A DNA stretch of 64,000 nt from a virus (taxonomy: Duplodnaviria > Caudoviricetes), in the IMG/VR virus record IMGVR_UViG_3300035492_000236; one strand, written 5' to 3'. The translations under genes and the position numbers were made by a program. Shown piece by piece: positions 1 to 10,168 of the stretch. Position 1 is the stretch's first letter. Every line of letters begins with the position of its first letter. The notes below the pieces were generated by a model that was not told where the DNA came from, searched no databases, and saw only the letters and a program-made list of their open reading frames with translations.

Positions 1-3000
1 GAAGAGTTCTTGGAAATTGGTCAAGCAATGCTGAAGCGGAAGATACTGTCTGCATTGTCGCCGGCTGAGTTTGCGAGATCCTACCTGTCGCAACTCGGCA
101 CTAATGCCCGCCGCGCCCTCAGTGATTTCGGCAGTGGTGTGCGGGACAACATCAGCATGGTGGGTGGTGTGGTCGGAATGATGGGGGATGACTCGTCAGA
201 AGACGATTCACATTTGTCACCTGCCCAGAAACGACTTAAGGCAGCACAAACCGGCGCTGGTATGGCTGGCGGCATGCTTGCCAGGAAATATATCCAGCCA
301 CATATTCGCAAGATTCAGGAGAAGCTGCGCGAGCAGGGTGAGGGTAATGAAGCGCTGGCTAGCTTTGGTCGTCGCGCACGTTATAATCTCACTAACTTGC
401 CGGAGATCCTGAACACGTACGCCAAGGACAACAACTACGAGGGGCAGCATGGGTGGTTGGGGTCACTGGCTGCATTGCTTCAGGATATCATGCCGTCGTA
501 CGACGGCGATACCGTGGGCGTCACTGACGTAACCGGGGAAGAGTTGGAACGCGCTGTGCCGTGGTCGCGGCGCAGTGACTTGACCCTGAACGAAGTGTTA
601 CCTGGCTGGCTGTCCAAGATCCACGGTGCCCTGACTGGGGTGGATGAGCAATACGATCATACTACCAAGCAGTTCGTTTCAACTGACGTGATTCGCAATC
701 GTATCCGCGACACGGTAGGTGACCAGGAGACACGAGAGTACGTACGTCAAGAAATCGATCGGCTGGTCGACATCATCGATCCGGACAAGGAACTGTCTGC
801 ACAAGACCGTACAGTGCTGGGCCGGGTGTTGGATGAGAAGATCCGTAAAGTGGAGTCATTCGACGTTCGCGATTTGGCCAACAGCTACGACGCGTACGGT
901 AGCGCAGGTTATAACCATGACGTCATGGATCTGATGACCCACTTTGGTCAGATCGAGTACGACAAGCCGCATCAGGAGAAGCTCAACATTGAGATCTCCG
1001 ACGAGTTGCGGCGCTTGCGGGAGTCGATTACGCCAGTACAAGCGGCCGTCGATGAGATGACCGGTTTGTACGGCCACAATGCCGTGGCTAACTCCGGCGT
1101 GCTGGATCAAGATCTGTCGCTCAACAAGGCCATGGTGGACTCGTACAGTAATGTGGCGGACATTCACCCGGCATCGCCAGAAGCTCGCGCTCGGGTAGCT
1201 AAGGTGGTGGAAGAAGTCGGCAAGGTTATCCTGGACCCAACTGTCGAAGTCAATATCCGCGACGTCACCGCGGACGTGTACCAAGGTGTCAAGGACGCAC
1301 TGTACCAGAGTGAGCCCAACCTGTACATGGTGCTCAAGGACGCCATGTTGGCCCACCGTCCGCCCAGTACCCCGCTGGCCAGCACCGTCGTGTCGGTAGC
1401 TCAACCCAAGACGGAGGAGGACCGGGACTACACTGCTGAGATCTACACAGGGGTCCGCGATGCACTGTACTATAGCGACCCGAACATGTACAGTGTCCTA
1501 TCTGACGTGTTATACGACAGAGACCGGCCTAATAACCTTTATACGGTGATCGCTACCGCATGTGGGGAATTAGCAAAGGGGAATGATCAAAGCGATCGTG
1601 GTGCGTTAGAGAGCGTTGTAGAACGTATTCATGCGCAACTGGTGGCCAACGACATTTCCCCACAGGTCGATGCTATCCTTGACCTGATCGAGCACATGGC
1701 TATTTCAGGTATCGGTACGTACGAACAACCAGAAGGTGAAAAACCTGGCTACTTTGGGAAGTTCGGACAGCACTTGAGGGGTACCAAGGACAAAACCGTT
1801 GACAAGGTGGTGTCGGGTTATACTTGGGGCAGGGAGAAGTTAGGTAAAGGAAAAGACTGGCTTAAGAGTAAAATCGGCAGTCCGTTTAAGGCCATTGGTG
1901 CACTTAAGGATACAGTGACTGACACTGTAGGTTCAGCCTGGCGTGGTTTAACTGGCACTCGGGACATCTACGACGATCAGGGTAATGTCGTGTTGTCTGG
2001 TCGAATCCTCAAGATGGGTCAGTATTTTGATGCGGACGGGAAGGTTATCAAAACCCTTAAAGACATCAAGGGTGCGATTTATGATCGCGATGGCAACATT
2101 GTACTGTCTGCCGAGGAGGTTCTTCGCAACGCCAGTAAGTATACCTACTACACCAAACAGGGTTGGCGCAAGCTGTCCGAGATGGTCGGTGGCGGTGTTG
2201 GTAGTGCGGCCAATCGGGTTGTCTCCATCCCTAAAAACGTAGCTCGGTTCCTTAAAGACCAGGGCGGCGGCGTCCTCAACAGTCTCCGCACGTCAGGTGA
2301 CATTTACGTGAAAGGGGAGGATGAGCCGCGTCTGAAACGCCACCTGATGCTGAAGGGGTTTTACTTCGACAAGAAGACCGGCAAAGTCATCCGTGACGTA
2401 GACGATATCGGCGGTCCAGTTGTGACGGGGGAGGGGCATGAGGTTATCAGCGCCAGTGAGTTGGCAGATCCGAATTTCCAACTAGTGGACGTGAACGGTG
2501 AACCCTTTAAGTCAGTGGTTAGTAAGGCGGTCGATAAAGTCGGCAGTGTCTATCGATTCGGGAAGCGGGCAGTTACTGGCGCTGTTGGTTTCGCGGCTGA
2601 CTTGCTTGGTGCGGGCGCTGAAGGGATTCGTGGTTTCTTCAAAGGTTTCGTCACCACGGAGGATGTCAAAGGCATCAAGACAGTTCTGACGGACATCTAC
2701 GAGCTGCTTGACGAGCGCCTGCCGGGCGGTAGTGAGAAGTCCGAGCCGGAGGAGAAAGTTGCTGGCGATGCCGACGGCGACGGTGTTCGTGACAACAGTT
2801 TCCGGGACATCTTCCGCCGTCGTCGGGAGGCTCGGGCCGCCGCCGCTGAAAAGAACGAGGTACCCAATCGCCCGGAGGATGTCGATAAGAAATCGCCTCT
2901 CGGCAAAATACTGGGCGCATTGATGGGTGTTGGCGGCTTCGTGGCAGACAAGTTCATGGGTCTGATGGGTACTGCTTCTACATTCTTCGTGACCAAGGTG

Positions 3001-6000
3001 TTGGGCGGTCTTACCGACGGGTTTGGCAAGCTCGCTGCCAAGTTTGCTGGCTGGGTTGCTACAGCGATGGCTGGTAAGCAAGCCGCAGATACCGTAGGGG
3101 AGGTGCTGGACACTGCGGGAGACATCGACTTGGAACGGGAGGGTCGTAGGCGCGGAGGTCGTCGTGGCCGTATGCGTGATGGACTTCGCCGTGGCGGTAA
3201 TGCAGCGAAGAACGCCGCTAAGCGCGCCACCTCCAAAGTGTCCGAAAAGATGGCCCAGCGTGCCGCCGCAAAGGCCGCCACACAAACCGCTTCCCGCGCG
3301 GCGGCCCAAACTGCCGCACGTCAGGCTGTTATACAGGGAGGTAGGATGGCGGCCACTGCCGGCGTGACTGCCGCCGCGTCAGGCATCTCGATGGCTGGCG
3401 TAGGTAGTGCCGTCGCATCTGGTGCGGCCGCCGTGGGGTCGTTCTTGACCGCACCTGTGGTGTTGGGGGCCATCGCCGTAGGGGGGCTTGGTTACCTTGC
3501 GTACCGCATTGCGACAAGCGAGGACAATGGTCCGTTGGATCAGATTCGTTTTGCGCAATATGGTCTGGAGGATTACGACGATGCCAAACATGACGAAGTT
3601 GCCAAGATCCGGTATTTAGAGGCAGAGGTCGGTAAGTACGTTGCTTACAATAAGGATGGGGTGGCTTCCATTCGTGGCTTTGCTGATGAAACCGCCATTC
3701 AGGTGGCGGCTGGCTTTGGCGTTGACGTCGATAATGCAGAGGACTTGCAGGCATACGAAGATTGGTTCTACGGCCGCTTCTGTTCTGTCTACCTGTTGTG
3801 GGCCAGTCGTCTTCGGCAGTTATCGCCATCATCGACCATGGGTGAATTGGAAAAGACCGTAACTGATGCCAAGATTCGTGCGGAGATGGCCCAACGAACA
3901 CTGTTGCCCGAGACTCATCCAGTCTTCAACGTAATGGTGTCGCCGTTCGAGCCTGGTTGGTTTGGTCGGGATGACCTGCTGTCTGGCACTAAGGTACGCG
4001 GCATCCATTTGGACCTGCTCAGCGACTTGAAAAAGAAAGCTGAGAAAGCCAAAGACAAGGTTCTTGCGTCAGCCGAGAAGGACACGACCGTGGTCGCAAT
4101 AAAGAGCCCTGCACCAACCGATTCAGGTTCAGGCAGTGTGGTAACGGTCAAGAAATCGGCGAACCCTAACCACGACACCGACAATAAAAAATCCTCAACT
4201 GCCAGCGTCGATGAGATCATGTTGGATGCTGCCTCGGGCAACTTCCGCATGGGTATCATCGAACTGTCTGCCACTGAGGCGGTGCGGATGCGTGCATACG
4301 GCTTAACCAAACTGAAAACATCAAAGGTATTAACCTTGATGGCATTGGAGCTGGATGCACATGAGCACATCGTGATCAGTCGCGGCATTGCCAAATTTAA
4401 AGGAAGTGTGGAAGAGTTTGCAAAAGTCCACATGCCCGAGTTTGGCAGTAACTACGACGATGCCGAACAACAGACCGCATGGAGAGGGTGGTTCACGCAC
4501 CGCTTCTTACCGATCTTGCTGAAATACCTATCTGTACTCAACATGCACGCGCCAAACGCGCGCCCGTTCGATATCGTTGAGTCGTCCACAACCCCGTACC
4601 TTGCCGACGTGGCTAAATCGCTGACGTGGGCCAGGGTTGAAATAGGAGGTGAAAACGTTGGGGTGTGGTCTGTGATGTTTAACCCCTGGAACGACAAAGA
4701 CCCGATCAACACGGATCCGAAATCGACCCAGGGCAACATCGAGTTTCTGGAGAGCCGTAAGGCTGCAGCCGAACTGGCAGAGAAGACCATCGATCCAAAC
4801 CGGCCAACCGCACAAGTGCTGACCGCCGGCACTAACAACCGGCCACGCGCCGACAGCGGTAGTGGTACTGGACCGGTGGTCACTGCGGGGTCGGCTGACC
4901 AACAGCGGCAGCAGGTAAGTAGCGCCATCGACAACGCTTGGAATAACCGGCAGGTGGGTGGTCCAGGCGGTAACAGCGGCGGCCCTATCTCTAGTAGCGG
5001 TATTCCGATAGGAGATATATCTGACCCGGTAGATCCAAACGGTGCATATGCCAAGATCAAGCTGGCTTCGCATAGTCGCGGCGACGTGGCCAAGATGATC
5101 AGTGAGGTCTCCAAAGCGACAGGGATGGACGAGAACCTGATGTTGACAGTAGCCATGATGGAATCGTCATTGAATCCAAATGCAGGTGCGACAACATCGT
5201 CTGCCAAAGGCCTGTATCAGTTCTTGGTGGGTAAGGACGGCAAGAGCGGGACTTGGGGCGAGCAATTGCGTGCCCACGCCAACAAGTACGGCATTCCGTC
5301 TAATGCCAGTGCGTTCGATCCGGTGGCTAACGCCCTCCTGGGGGCGGAGTATCTGCGGTTGGGTGCACGAACGGTTGGGAACTTGTCGCCGAGCGGTAAG
5401 GCCACACCAGTGGACCTGTACCTGTCCCATTTCCTTGGGCCGGGCGGTGCACGAACGTTCTTGCGTGGTCTGAAGAAACATCCAGATAAAAGCGTGTTGC
5501 CAGAATGGCAGAAACAAGCCAAGGCAAATACCTGGGTGTTCTACGCGGGCAACCGTCCGCGCAGCTACCGAGAAGTGTACATGGAACTGCAGCGGCGTGC
5601 CCGGAACGCCTTTAACTCCGTGAGTCAGTATGCTTCGGTTCCGGGTCAGAAGGCGATCGAGCCGCCAATGGCCCCACCTTCATCGCCCGAGGCAGCGTCG
5701 GTGGCTTCAGCCTCGGTTTCTGGCAATGTGGTGGATACTCCAGCACCGAACATGGGCGGTGGGGCGATGCCCTCGCCAGCAGCAGATAGTGGTCTGCCCG
5801 AGTCATCCACGCCAGAACAACGAGAAGCGGTGACGGTTGCAAAAGCCAAGCAAGACGTTCGTCAAGTAACAGCAGAACGCAACCAGGGTGCGGTGTCTAC
5901 TATCATACCGTCTGAGGCACCGTCAGTGGGGTCCAGCATTGCCGAGCGCACGGTTGGCGCCATGCGTAAAAAGGTAGGTGATGGTCCCCACCGCGTCGAC

Positions 6001-6330
6001 ATGGAACGGTATGAGACCGCGGTTAAAGACGAGGTGATGACCAACACGGTAGCGCCTGCCATGAACTTGTCGGAAGTAATGGCCTCCATTACACGCCAAC
6101 AGCGAGCCATGGCTGAGGCAACCAACGGTATCCTCAATGAACAGTTGCTGGTTCAGCGGGAGATGGCCGCCACCCTCCTGAGTATTCGTGACCAGTTACT
6201 AAAATCATCGAATGCACCAAAATCGCCTGTCGCCCCACCTACTGTGGCGTCCAGTCAGGGCAAAGTGAAAGCCGAGCCTGCAGTTACACACCAACGGGGA
6301 GTGATCTCCATGGCGCGTGAGTATTTTTAA
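1..6330 (+). CDS. Large tail (tape-measure-like) virion protein with C-terminal lytic transglycosylase domain, phiKZ gp181-like; 5' end outside window
   Basis: Frame is open from base 1 (GAA GAG TTC TTG...). SLT motifs near aa 1700-1800 (TVAMMESSLNPNA, AKGLYQF, ANALLGAEYL, DLYLSHFLGPGG); Ala-rich/TM-like central part; followed by a gp182-like gene. Confidence 0.85.
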   Translation, partial: EEFLEIGQAMLKRKILSALSPAEFARSYLSQLGTNARRALSDFGSGVRDNISMVGGVVGMMGDDSSEDDSHLSPAQKRLKAAQTGAGMAGGMLARKYIQPHIRKIQEKLREQGEGNEALASFGRRARYNLTNLPEILNTYAKDNNYEGQHGWLGSLAALLQDIMPSYDGDTVGVTDVTGEELERAVPWSRRSDLTLNEVLPGWLSKIHGALTGVDEQYDHTTKQFVSTDVIRNRIRDTVGDQETREYVRQEIDRLVDIIDPDKELSAQDRTVLGRVLDEKIRKVESFDVRDLANSYDAYGSAGYNHDVMDLMTHFGQIEYDKPHQEKLNIEISDELRRLRESITPVQAAVDEMTGLYGHNAVANSGVLDQDLSLNKAMVDSYSNVADIHPASPEARARVAKVVEEVGKVILDPTVEVNIRDVTADVYQGVKDALYQSEPNLYMVLKDAMLAHRPPSTPLASTVVSVAQPKTEEDRDYTAEIYTGVRDALYYSDPNMYSVLSDVLYDRDRPNNLYTVIATACGELAKGNDQSDRGALESVVERIHAQLVANDISPQVDAILDLIEHMAISGIGTYEQPEGEKPGYFGKFGQHLRGTKDKTVDKVVSGYTWGREKLGKGKDWLKSKIGSPFKAIGALKDTVTDTVGSAWRGLTGTRDIYDDQGNVVLSGRILKMGQYFDADGKVIKTLKDIKGAIYDRDGNIVLSAEEVLRNASKYTYYTKQGWRKLSEMVGGGVGSAANRVVSIPKNVARFLKDQGGGVLNSLRTSGDIYVKGEDEPRLKRHLMLKGFYFDKKTGKVIRDVDDIGGPVVTGEGHEVISASELADPNFQLVDVNGEPFKSVVSKAVDKVGSVYRFGKRAVTGAVGFAADLLGAGAEGIRGFFKGFVTTEDVKGIKTVLTDIYELLDERLPGGSEKSEPEEKVAGDADGDGVRDNSFRDIFRRRREARAAAAEKNEVPNRPEDVDKKSPLGKILGALMGVGGFVADKFMGLMGTASTFFVTKVLGGLTDGFGKLAAKFAGWVATAMAGKQAADTVGEVLDTAGDIDLEREGRRRGGRRGRMRDGLRRGGNAAKNAAKRATSKVSEKMAQRAAAKAATQTASRAAAQTAARQAVIQGGRMAATAGVTAAASGISMAGVGSAVASGAAAVGSFLTAPVVLGAIAVGGLGYLAYRIATSEDNGPLDQIRFAQYGLEDYDDAKHDEVAKIRYLEAEVGKYVAYNKDGVASIRGFADETAIQVAAGFGVDVDNAEDLQAYEDWFYGRFCSVYLLWASRLRQLSPSSTMGELEKTVTDAKIRAEMAQRTLLPETHPVFNVMVSPFEPGWFGRDDLLSGTKVRGIHLDLLSDLKKKAEKAKDKVLASAEKDTTVVAIKSPAPTDSGSGSVVTVKKSANPNHDTDNKKSSTASVDEIMLDAASGNFRMGIIELSATEAVRMRAYGLTKLKTSKVLTLMALELDAHEHIVISRGIAKFKGSVEEFAKVHMPEFGSNYDDAEQQTAWRGWFTHRFLPILLKYLSVLNMHAPNARPFDIVESSTTPYLADVAKSLTWARVEIGGENVGVWSVMFNPWNDKDPINTDPKSTQGNIEFLESRKAAAELAEKTIDPNRPTAQVLTAGTNNRPRADSGSGTGPVVTAGSADQQRQQVSSAIDNAWNNRQVGGPGGNSGGPISSSGIPIGDISDPVDPNGAYAKIKLASHSRGDVAKMISEVSKATGMDENLMLTVAMMESSLNPNAGATTSSAKGLYQFLVGKDGKSGTWGEQLRAHANKYGIPSNASAFDPVANALLGAEYLRLGARTVGNLSPSGKATPVDLYLSHFLGPGGARTFLRGLKKHPDKSVLPEWQKQAKANTWVFYAGNRPRSYREVYMELQRRARNAFNSVSQYASVPGQKAIEPPMAPPSSPEAASVASASVSGNVVDTPAPNMGGGAMPSPAADSGLPESSTPEQREAVTVAKAKQDVRQVTAERNQGAVSTIIPSEAPSVGSSIAERTVGAMRKKVGDGPHRVDMERYETAVKDEVMTNTVAPAMNLSEVMASITRQQRAMAEATNGILNEQLLVQREMAATLLSIRDQLLKSSNAPKSPVAPPTVASSQGKVKAEPAVTHQRGVISMAREYF

Positions 6331-6333
6331 TCC

Positions 6334-6355
6334 GGTGGTGGGTACGCCCACCACC
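6334..6355 (+). terminator. Intergenic hairpin GGTGGTGGG-TACG-CCCACCACC just upstream of the next SD
   Basis: Perfect 9-bp stem with a weak U-tract; terminator or processing/stability hairpin. Confidence 0.5.
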
Positions 6356-6378
6356 CCCATTTCATAAGGAGTTCATCC

Positions 6379-8502
6379 ATGGCAATCCGAATGGAGGACA
6401 CACGCTGGATACGCGGGGCTTTTGGTTTAGCGCCAACTGCCCGCGGTCGACGAACGAGCAGTCGTCCCCGCACCAGTGCTGAGTTTAAATTTGCAGACAC
6501 CTCACTGGGCGGCAACCAAGCATTGAACCCACCTCCGCAACACACCCGATTTGCGGACCCGAAGGTGGGTGGGTTGCTGACGCGTGCCGATCTGAGCGAG
6601 GCGTACCAGAGTAAACTCATTAAACGGGAAGATCGGGTGGGTAGCTACAGCATGGGACGGTTCTACTCCGAAGTTATTGACGATAACTCGCAGTACGTTC
6701 ACATGCGCTTTGGTGTACCCAAGTACACCGGGATGATTGCGTTCTTCGCTAACATGTACGATCGAGACGCCGCCCGTCTGGCTAAAACCGGTAAGTACTC
6801 CAGTGCCATGCGGGACCTGGGTCGCGCTGCTGGTCTGGGGGCGATGTTTACCTTAATCCCGCTGGGAGTACTGATCCCACTCATTGTTACCTCACAAGTG
6901 TTGAAAATGGTAACGGGAAAGAAGCCCTCTAAGTACTATTACCTGAAACCGACACCGAACCTGTATTTGCAGGCCGTGCAGGTGATGGCGGATACGCAAC
7001 TACTGCATAGTAAGTTGGTGCCGTACAGCGAGCCTTTTGGCATGGATCGAAAGCAGGACGTGACGGAATCTGGTAATGTCTTGAATAGCCAGATCGAAGA
7101 GCTGTATGAGTCACTGCCCGACATTTGGAAGGCCAACGGTAAGTTTGACGTGTTCCGTGCAGTTAACCGGTTCCAGGTGTTGGCGAATTACCAGGCGGAA
7201 GAGGTTGAGCGCATCTACCGGCAGTCTAAAAGTGAGGATGAGTACCTGTTCAAACTGCAGGCATACGTTGACCAGGTTAAACGTACCAACGTTATGCAGA
7301 GTCAGGTGACTGAACGGGAAATGTCACTGAAAGCGCTGGCCATGTCGTACGCCAATAACCCGATGTATCAGCAGAACGCTGATGAAGAACGGGAAGAGGC
7401 CAAAACGTGGGACGCGGTACAGGCCCATGCCGCTTCACAATCGGGCATCAGCGGCATCAACATCGTCAACGAGCAGGAAGAAGGACAAATCGCAGACACA
7501 GCCACAACGTCTGCGTCGTCGGGGGTGGATCCTAACCAAACCAACAGTTCGTTTTGGTCTGGCCTGTGGGAATGGGCGGTTGATGGTAACGAAGCAGCAG
7601 CATCTACCGTGGCTCGAGCTGGAGACATGTTGGCCTCGGAACTGAAGGAGGGGGGTGACTGGATCACGTTCCGTGTCGACGCCAAAACGACTCTGTCAGA
7701 TTCGTTTTCTAACAGTACTCGCGAACCTGAGATTGCCAGTACGATGAATAGCCTGTCGTCAGCGGCCCGCTCGTTGGAGGTCAATACGTCCGGCGGTAAA
7801 ACTGGCTTCGATATCGTCGATCAGGCAATGTCGGGGGTAAAAGACTTCGTAGGCGGCGCCTTGGAAGCGTTCCACATTACCGGTCTGGCGGCAATCTACG
7901 GCAGCTCCATCATTGACATCCCGGAAGTATGGGACGCCTCCACTGCCCAAGTGGGGACGGAATCGTTTACGATCCAGTTGCGTACCCCCTATGGTAACGA
8001 CTTGGCCATCTTCCAGAACATCACCCTGCCGTTGTGTTTCATCCTGGCGGGCTGTTTGCCGCTTGCTACTGGCAAGCAGACCCACACCAGCCCGTTCTTG
8101 GTGGAGCTGTATTCCCGTGGCCGACAGAACATTCGGTTGGGCATTATCGACTCGGTCAGTATTCAACGCGGTACTGGTAACGTGGGGTGGCGGTCGGATG
8201 GTAAGATGTTGTCATGCGACGTGACTTTCAATGTGAAGGACTTGTCGAAAGTCATGCATATGCCGATCTTGAAAGATCCTGGTATGTTCGACGATGACAA
8301 CATGTATACGGATTACATGGCCACCATCGGCGGAGCGTCGTTGCAGGAAATGACCTCAAGTGTGGAGAAAATGATTTTCAACGCCAATAAGTGGAAACAA
8401 TCGTGGAAGTCCGCATTCATGGAAGGACGGATTACCAACTCGTTTGCTAACACTTTCCCCATCAACGTGCTGAAGGCCTTCTCGGCCAGCTCGTCCCGCT
8501 AA
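6379..8502 (+). CDS. Virion structural (tail/baseplate-associated) protein, phiKZ gp182-like
   Basis: 707-aa ORF with AAGGAG SD, directly downstream of the gp181-like gene; C-terminal RLGIIDSVSIQRGTGNVGW segment recalled as typical of this family. Confidence 0.65.
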   Translation: MAIRMEDTRWIRGAFGLAPTARGRRTSSRPRTSAEFKFADTSLGGNQALNPPPQHTRFADPKVGGLLTRADLSEAYQSKLIKREDRVGSYSMGRFYSEVIDDNSQYVHMRFGVPKYTGMIAFFANMYDRDAARLAKTGKYSSAMRDLGRAAGLGAMFTLIPLGVLIPLIVTSQVLKMVTGKKPSKYYYLKPTPNLYLQAVQVMADTQLLHSKLVPYSEPFGMDRKQDVTESGNVLNSQIEELYESLPDIWKANGKFDVFRAVNRFQVLANYQAEEVERIYRQSKSEDEYLFKLQAYVDQVKRTNVMQSQVTEREMSLKALAMSYANNPMYQQNADEEREEAKTWDAVQAHAASQSGISGINIVNEQEEGQIADTATTSASSGVDPNQTNSSFWSGLWEWAVDGNEAAASTVARAGDMLASELKEGGDWITFRVDAKTTLSDSFSNSTREPEIASTMNSLSSAARSLEVNTSGGKTGFDIVDQAMSGVKDFVGGALEAFHITGLAAIYGSSIIDIPEVWDASTAQVGTESFTIQLRTPYGNDLAIFQNITLPLCFILAGCLPLATGKQTHTSPFLVELYSRGRQNIRLGIIDSVSIQRGTGNVGWRSDGKMLSCDVTFNVKDLSKVMHMPILKDPGMFDDDNMYTDYMATIGGASLQEMTSSVEKMIFNANKWKQSWKSAFMEGRITNSFANTFPINVLKAFSASSSR

Positions 8503-8505
8503 GGC

Positions 8506-8547
8506 AAAAAAAAAGAACCGAGGAGGGCACTGCCCTCCTCCTTTTTT
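8506..8547. terminator. Bidirectional intrinsic terminator
   Basis: A9 tract, GAGGAGGGCACTGCCCTCCTC hairpin (8520-8540), T6 tract; lies between convergent genes. Confidence 0.85.
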
Positions 8548-8550
8548 GCG

Positions 8551-9054
8551 TCACATCGCATTCCAGACTTCATCGCAGCAACGCAGTCGACCGCGCAAAA
8601 TCGACAAACTGTAAATGCACAGGTCTGGGCAATACTGCATGGTATCGAATGGTAGTGTTCTCGGCACCCAGTGTTTGATGGTGCGCTGGTGCTGTGGCGT
8701 GATGCCATAAATTACCAATACCGCGTGGCCGTCCTCGGCAACCTCATAGTGATGTTGGTCGCACTTTGGTACTGTGGTGCTAGCAGTAAGGCACTCAGCA
8801 AATGCCACGTTGCGAAGCTGCCATTGCACGTTCGCCCACTCACGCCTAAATCGTGGTGTGAGGTTGGGTCCGTGAAGGCGAATGCGGCGTAAGCAATAAC
8901 CGAGCAGGCGCTGCAGTTTCAGATGTACCGAGCTGTATTCCAGATTGGGCCGTGCGATTAGACGTGTGAGAATGCCGACCGCTTCGTGCAAGTTGACTGA
9001 TGATTCCACGTTGGCGAGTAGGCCGTTCAACAATGCCTGTTCAGGGTAGTTCAT
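8551..9054 (-). CDS. Hypothetical protein
   Basis: 167-aa ORF; ATGA overlap with the upstream gene. Confidence 0.6.
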   Translation of the reverse strand: MNYPEQALLNGLLANVESSVNLHEAVGILTRLIARPNLEYSSVHLKLQRLLGYCLRRIRLHGPNLTPRFRREWANVQWQLRNVAFAECLTASTTVPKCDQHHYEVAEDGHAVLVIYGITPQHQRTIKHWVPRTLPFDTMQYCPDLCIYSLSILRGRLRCCDEVWNAM

Positions 9055-9566
9055 ACAGACACCTCTCGGTGAAGCACCATGCCGGCATCAAACTGCAGGT
9101 TGTACGCTTGCGCGCCACGGATCACTTCCCGAAGTGTGGAGTTGTCGTACGGCCCTTCCCGCTCATGATTTCGTTTAGAGATGGCCGCAACAATGGTGGT
9201 GCTGAGATCAGGCCGACGCGCGCCTACGGTACCTGCAATAAAAAACCCGCCCATGACGTTTTCGATGTCGACAGCGTATTGATTGTTTTGAAACGTGAGT
9301 TTAGATGACTCAGTCACCTCGGGTAATTTATCCACAAGAGACTTAAGCACACGGGCACGGCGACCGTAACCCGCGATGCGCAGTCGCTCCCGCATCAGCT
9401 TCGTCGGATAGACGTCTGGATGCTGTCGCAAGTGCCACTTTGCACGCAAAGATAACTGGGTCGCAGTGCGTCGTTCTGCCGCTGTGGCGTATTGGCCAAG
9501 AGCCAAAAATAAAGCGCAGGTGTCGATAATAAAATGACATGCGTTCTTAGTGTCGGGGCTTAACAT
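9051..9566 (-). CDS. Hypothetical protein
   Basis: 171-aa ORF in a co-directional block. Confidence 0.6.
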   Translation of the reverse strand: MLSPDTKNACHFIIDTCALFLALGQYATAAERRTATQLSLRAKWHLRQHPDVYPTKLMRERLRIAGYGRRARVLKSLVDKLPEVTESSKLTFQNNQYAVDIENVMGGFFIAGTVGARRPDLSTTIVAAISKRNHEREGPYDNSTLREVIRGAQAYNLQFDAGMVLHREVSV

Positions 9567-9597
9567 TGGGAAATAGTCTCATTGATCAAAGATGGAA

Positions 9598-9622
9598 GCA
9601 TGGAGGGGCATCCCCTCCATGC
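9598..9622 (-). terminator. Intergenic hairpin GCATGGAGGGG-CAT-CCCCTCCATGC
   Basis: Perfect 11-bp stem between co-directional genes. Confidence 0.6.
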
Positions 9623-9625
9623 ACT

Positions 9626-10162
9626 TTACAGTACCGCGTAGATACGTTCACACAGCCAATCAAACCGTTTCTTATAGAAGGCAGTACCGTCAGGCAATAC
9701 GTAGTAGTGCACCAGCGGCACTCCGTCCTCCAGCACCAAAGAAAGCCGCTCGGCCATTTCTGGATTACGTTCCAGTTTTTGCAGAAGTGCTGCTTCAAAT
9801 GCACGGTTCGTGTCGTCAGACGGACGGTTGGGCGTACGTAGCCCCAGTTGCAGCAGTTGCTGCTTTACATCGCGTCCCCACGTCTGAGCGACTTTGCCGG
9901 TAAGTTGTTTAAGGCGTTCGATGCGGCGCTGCAACATGTTGTTTGGGACATGTCCGTGTTCCGTCAGCGCCTGTTGAATTTTCAGGTAATGGTAATAGCC
10001 TTCTAAAGACACGAACTGACCTTCCGGCAAGTCCAGCTCAGTTCGGGTGAAGTTAGATAACCAACGACCTAATTCAGTAGATGCTTGGGAATACACGTTC
10101 AGGTGCGTGACGCCATCATCGCCCACGCGGTAATCAGTACCGTCAATAGTTACAACAGCCAT
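9626..10162 (-). CDS. NADAR (YbiA / T4 gp30.3-like) ADP-ribosyl hydrolase family protein
   Basis: HLNVYSQ..TELGRWLSNF, F.SLEGYYHYLK and LTG..AQ..GR motifs match the gp30.3/NADAR pattern. Confidence 0.7.
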   Translation of the reverse strand: MAVVTIDGTDYRVGDDGVTHLNVYSQASTELGRWLSNFTRTELDLPEGQFVSLEGYYHYLKIQQALTEHGHVPNNMLQRRIERLKQLTGKVAQTWGRDVKQQLLQLGLRTPNRPSDDTNRAFEAALLQKLERNPEMAERLSLVLEDGVPLVHYYVLPDGTAFYKKRFDWLCERIYAVL

Positions 10163-10168
10163 GGATTA

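Noticed and set aside
3150-3480. Arg/Gly- and Ala-rich low-complexity segment generating several overlapping ORFs
   Set aside because: Ordinary composition of tape-measure-like proteins; the alternative frames are GC-rich artefacts.
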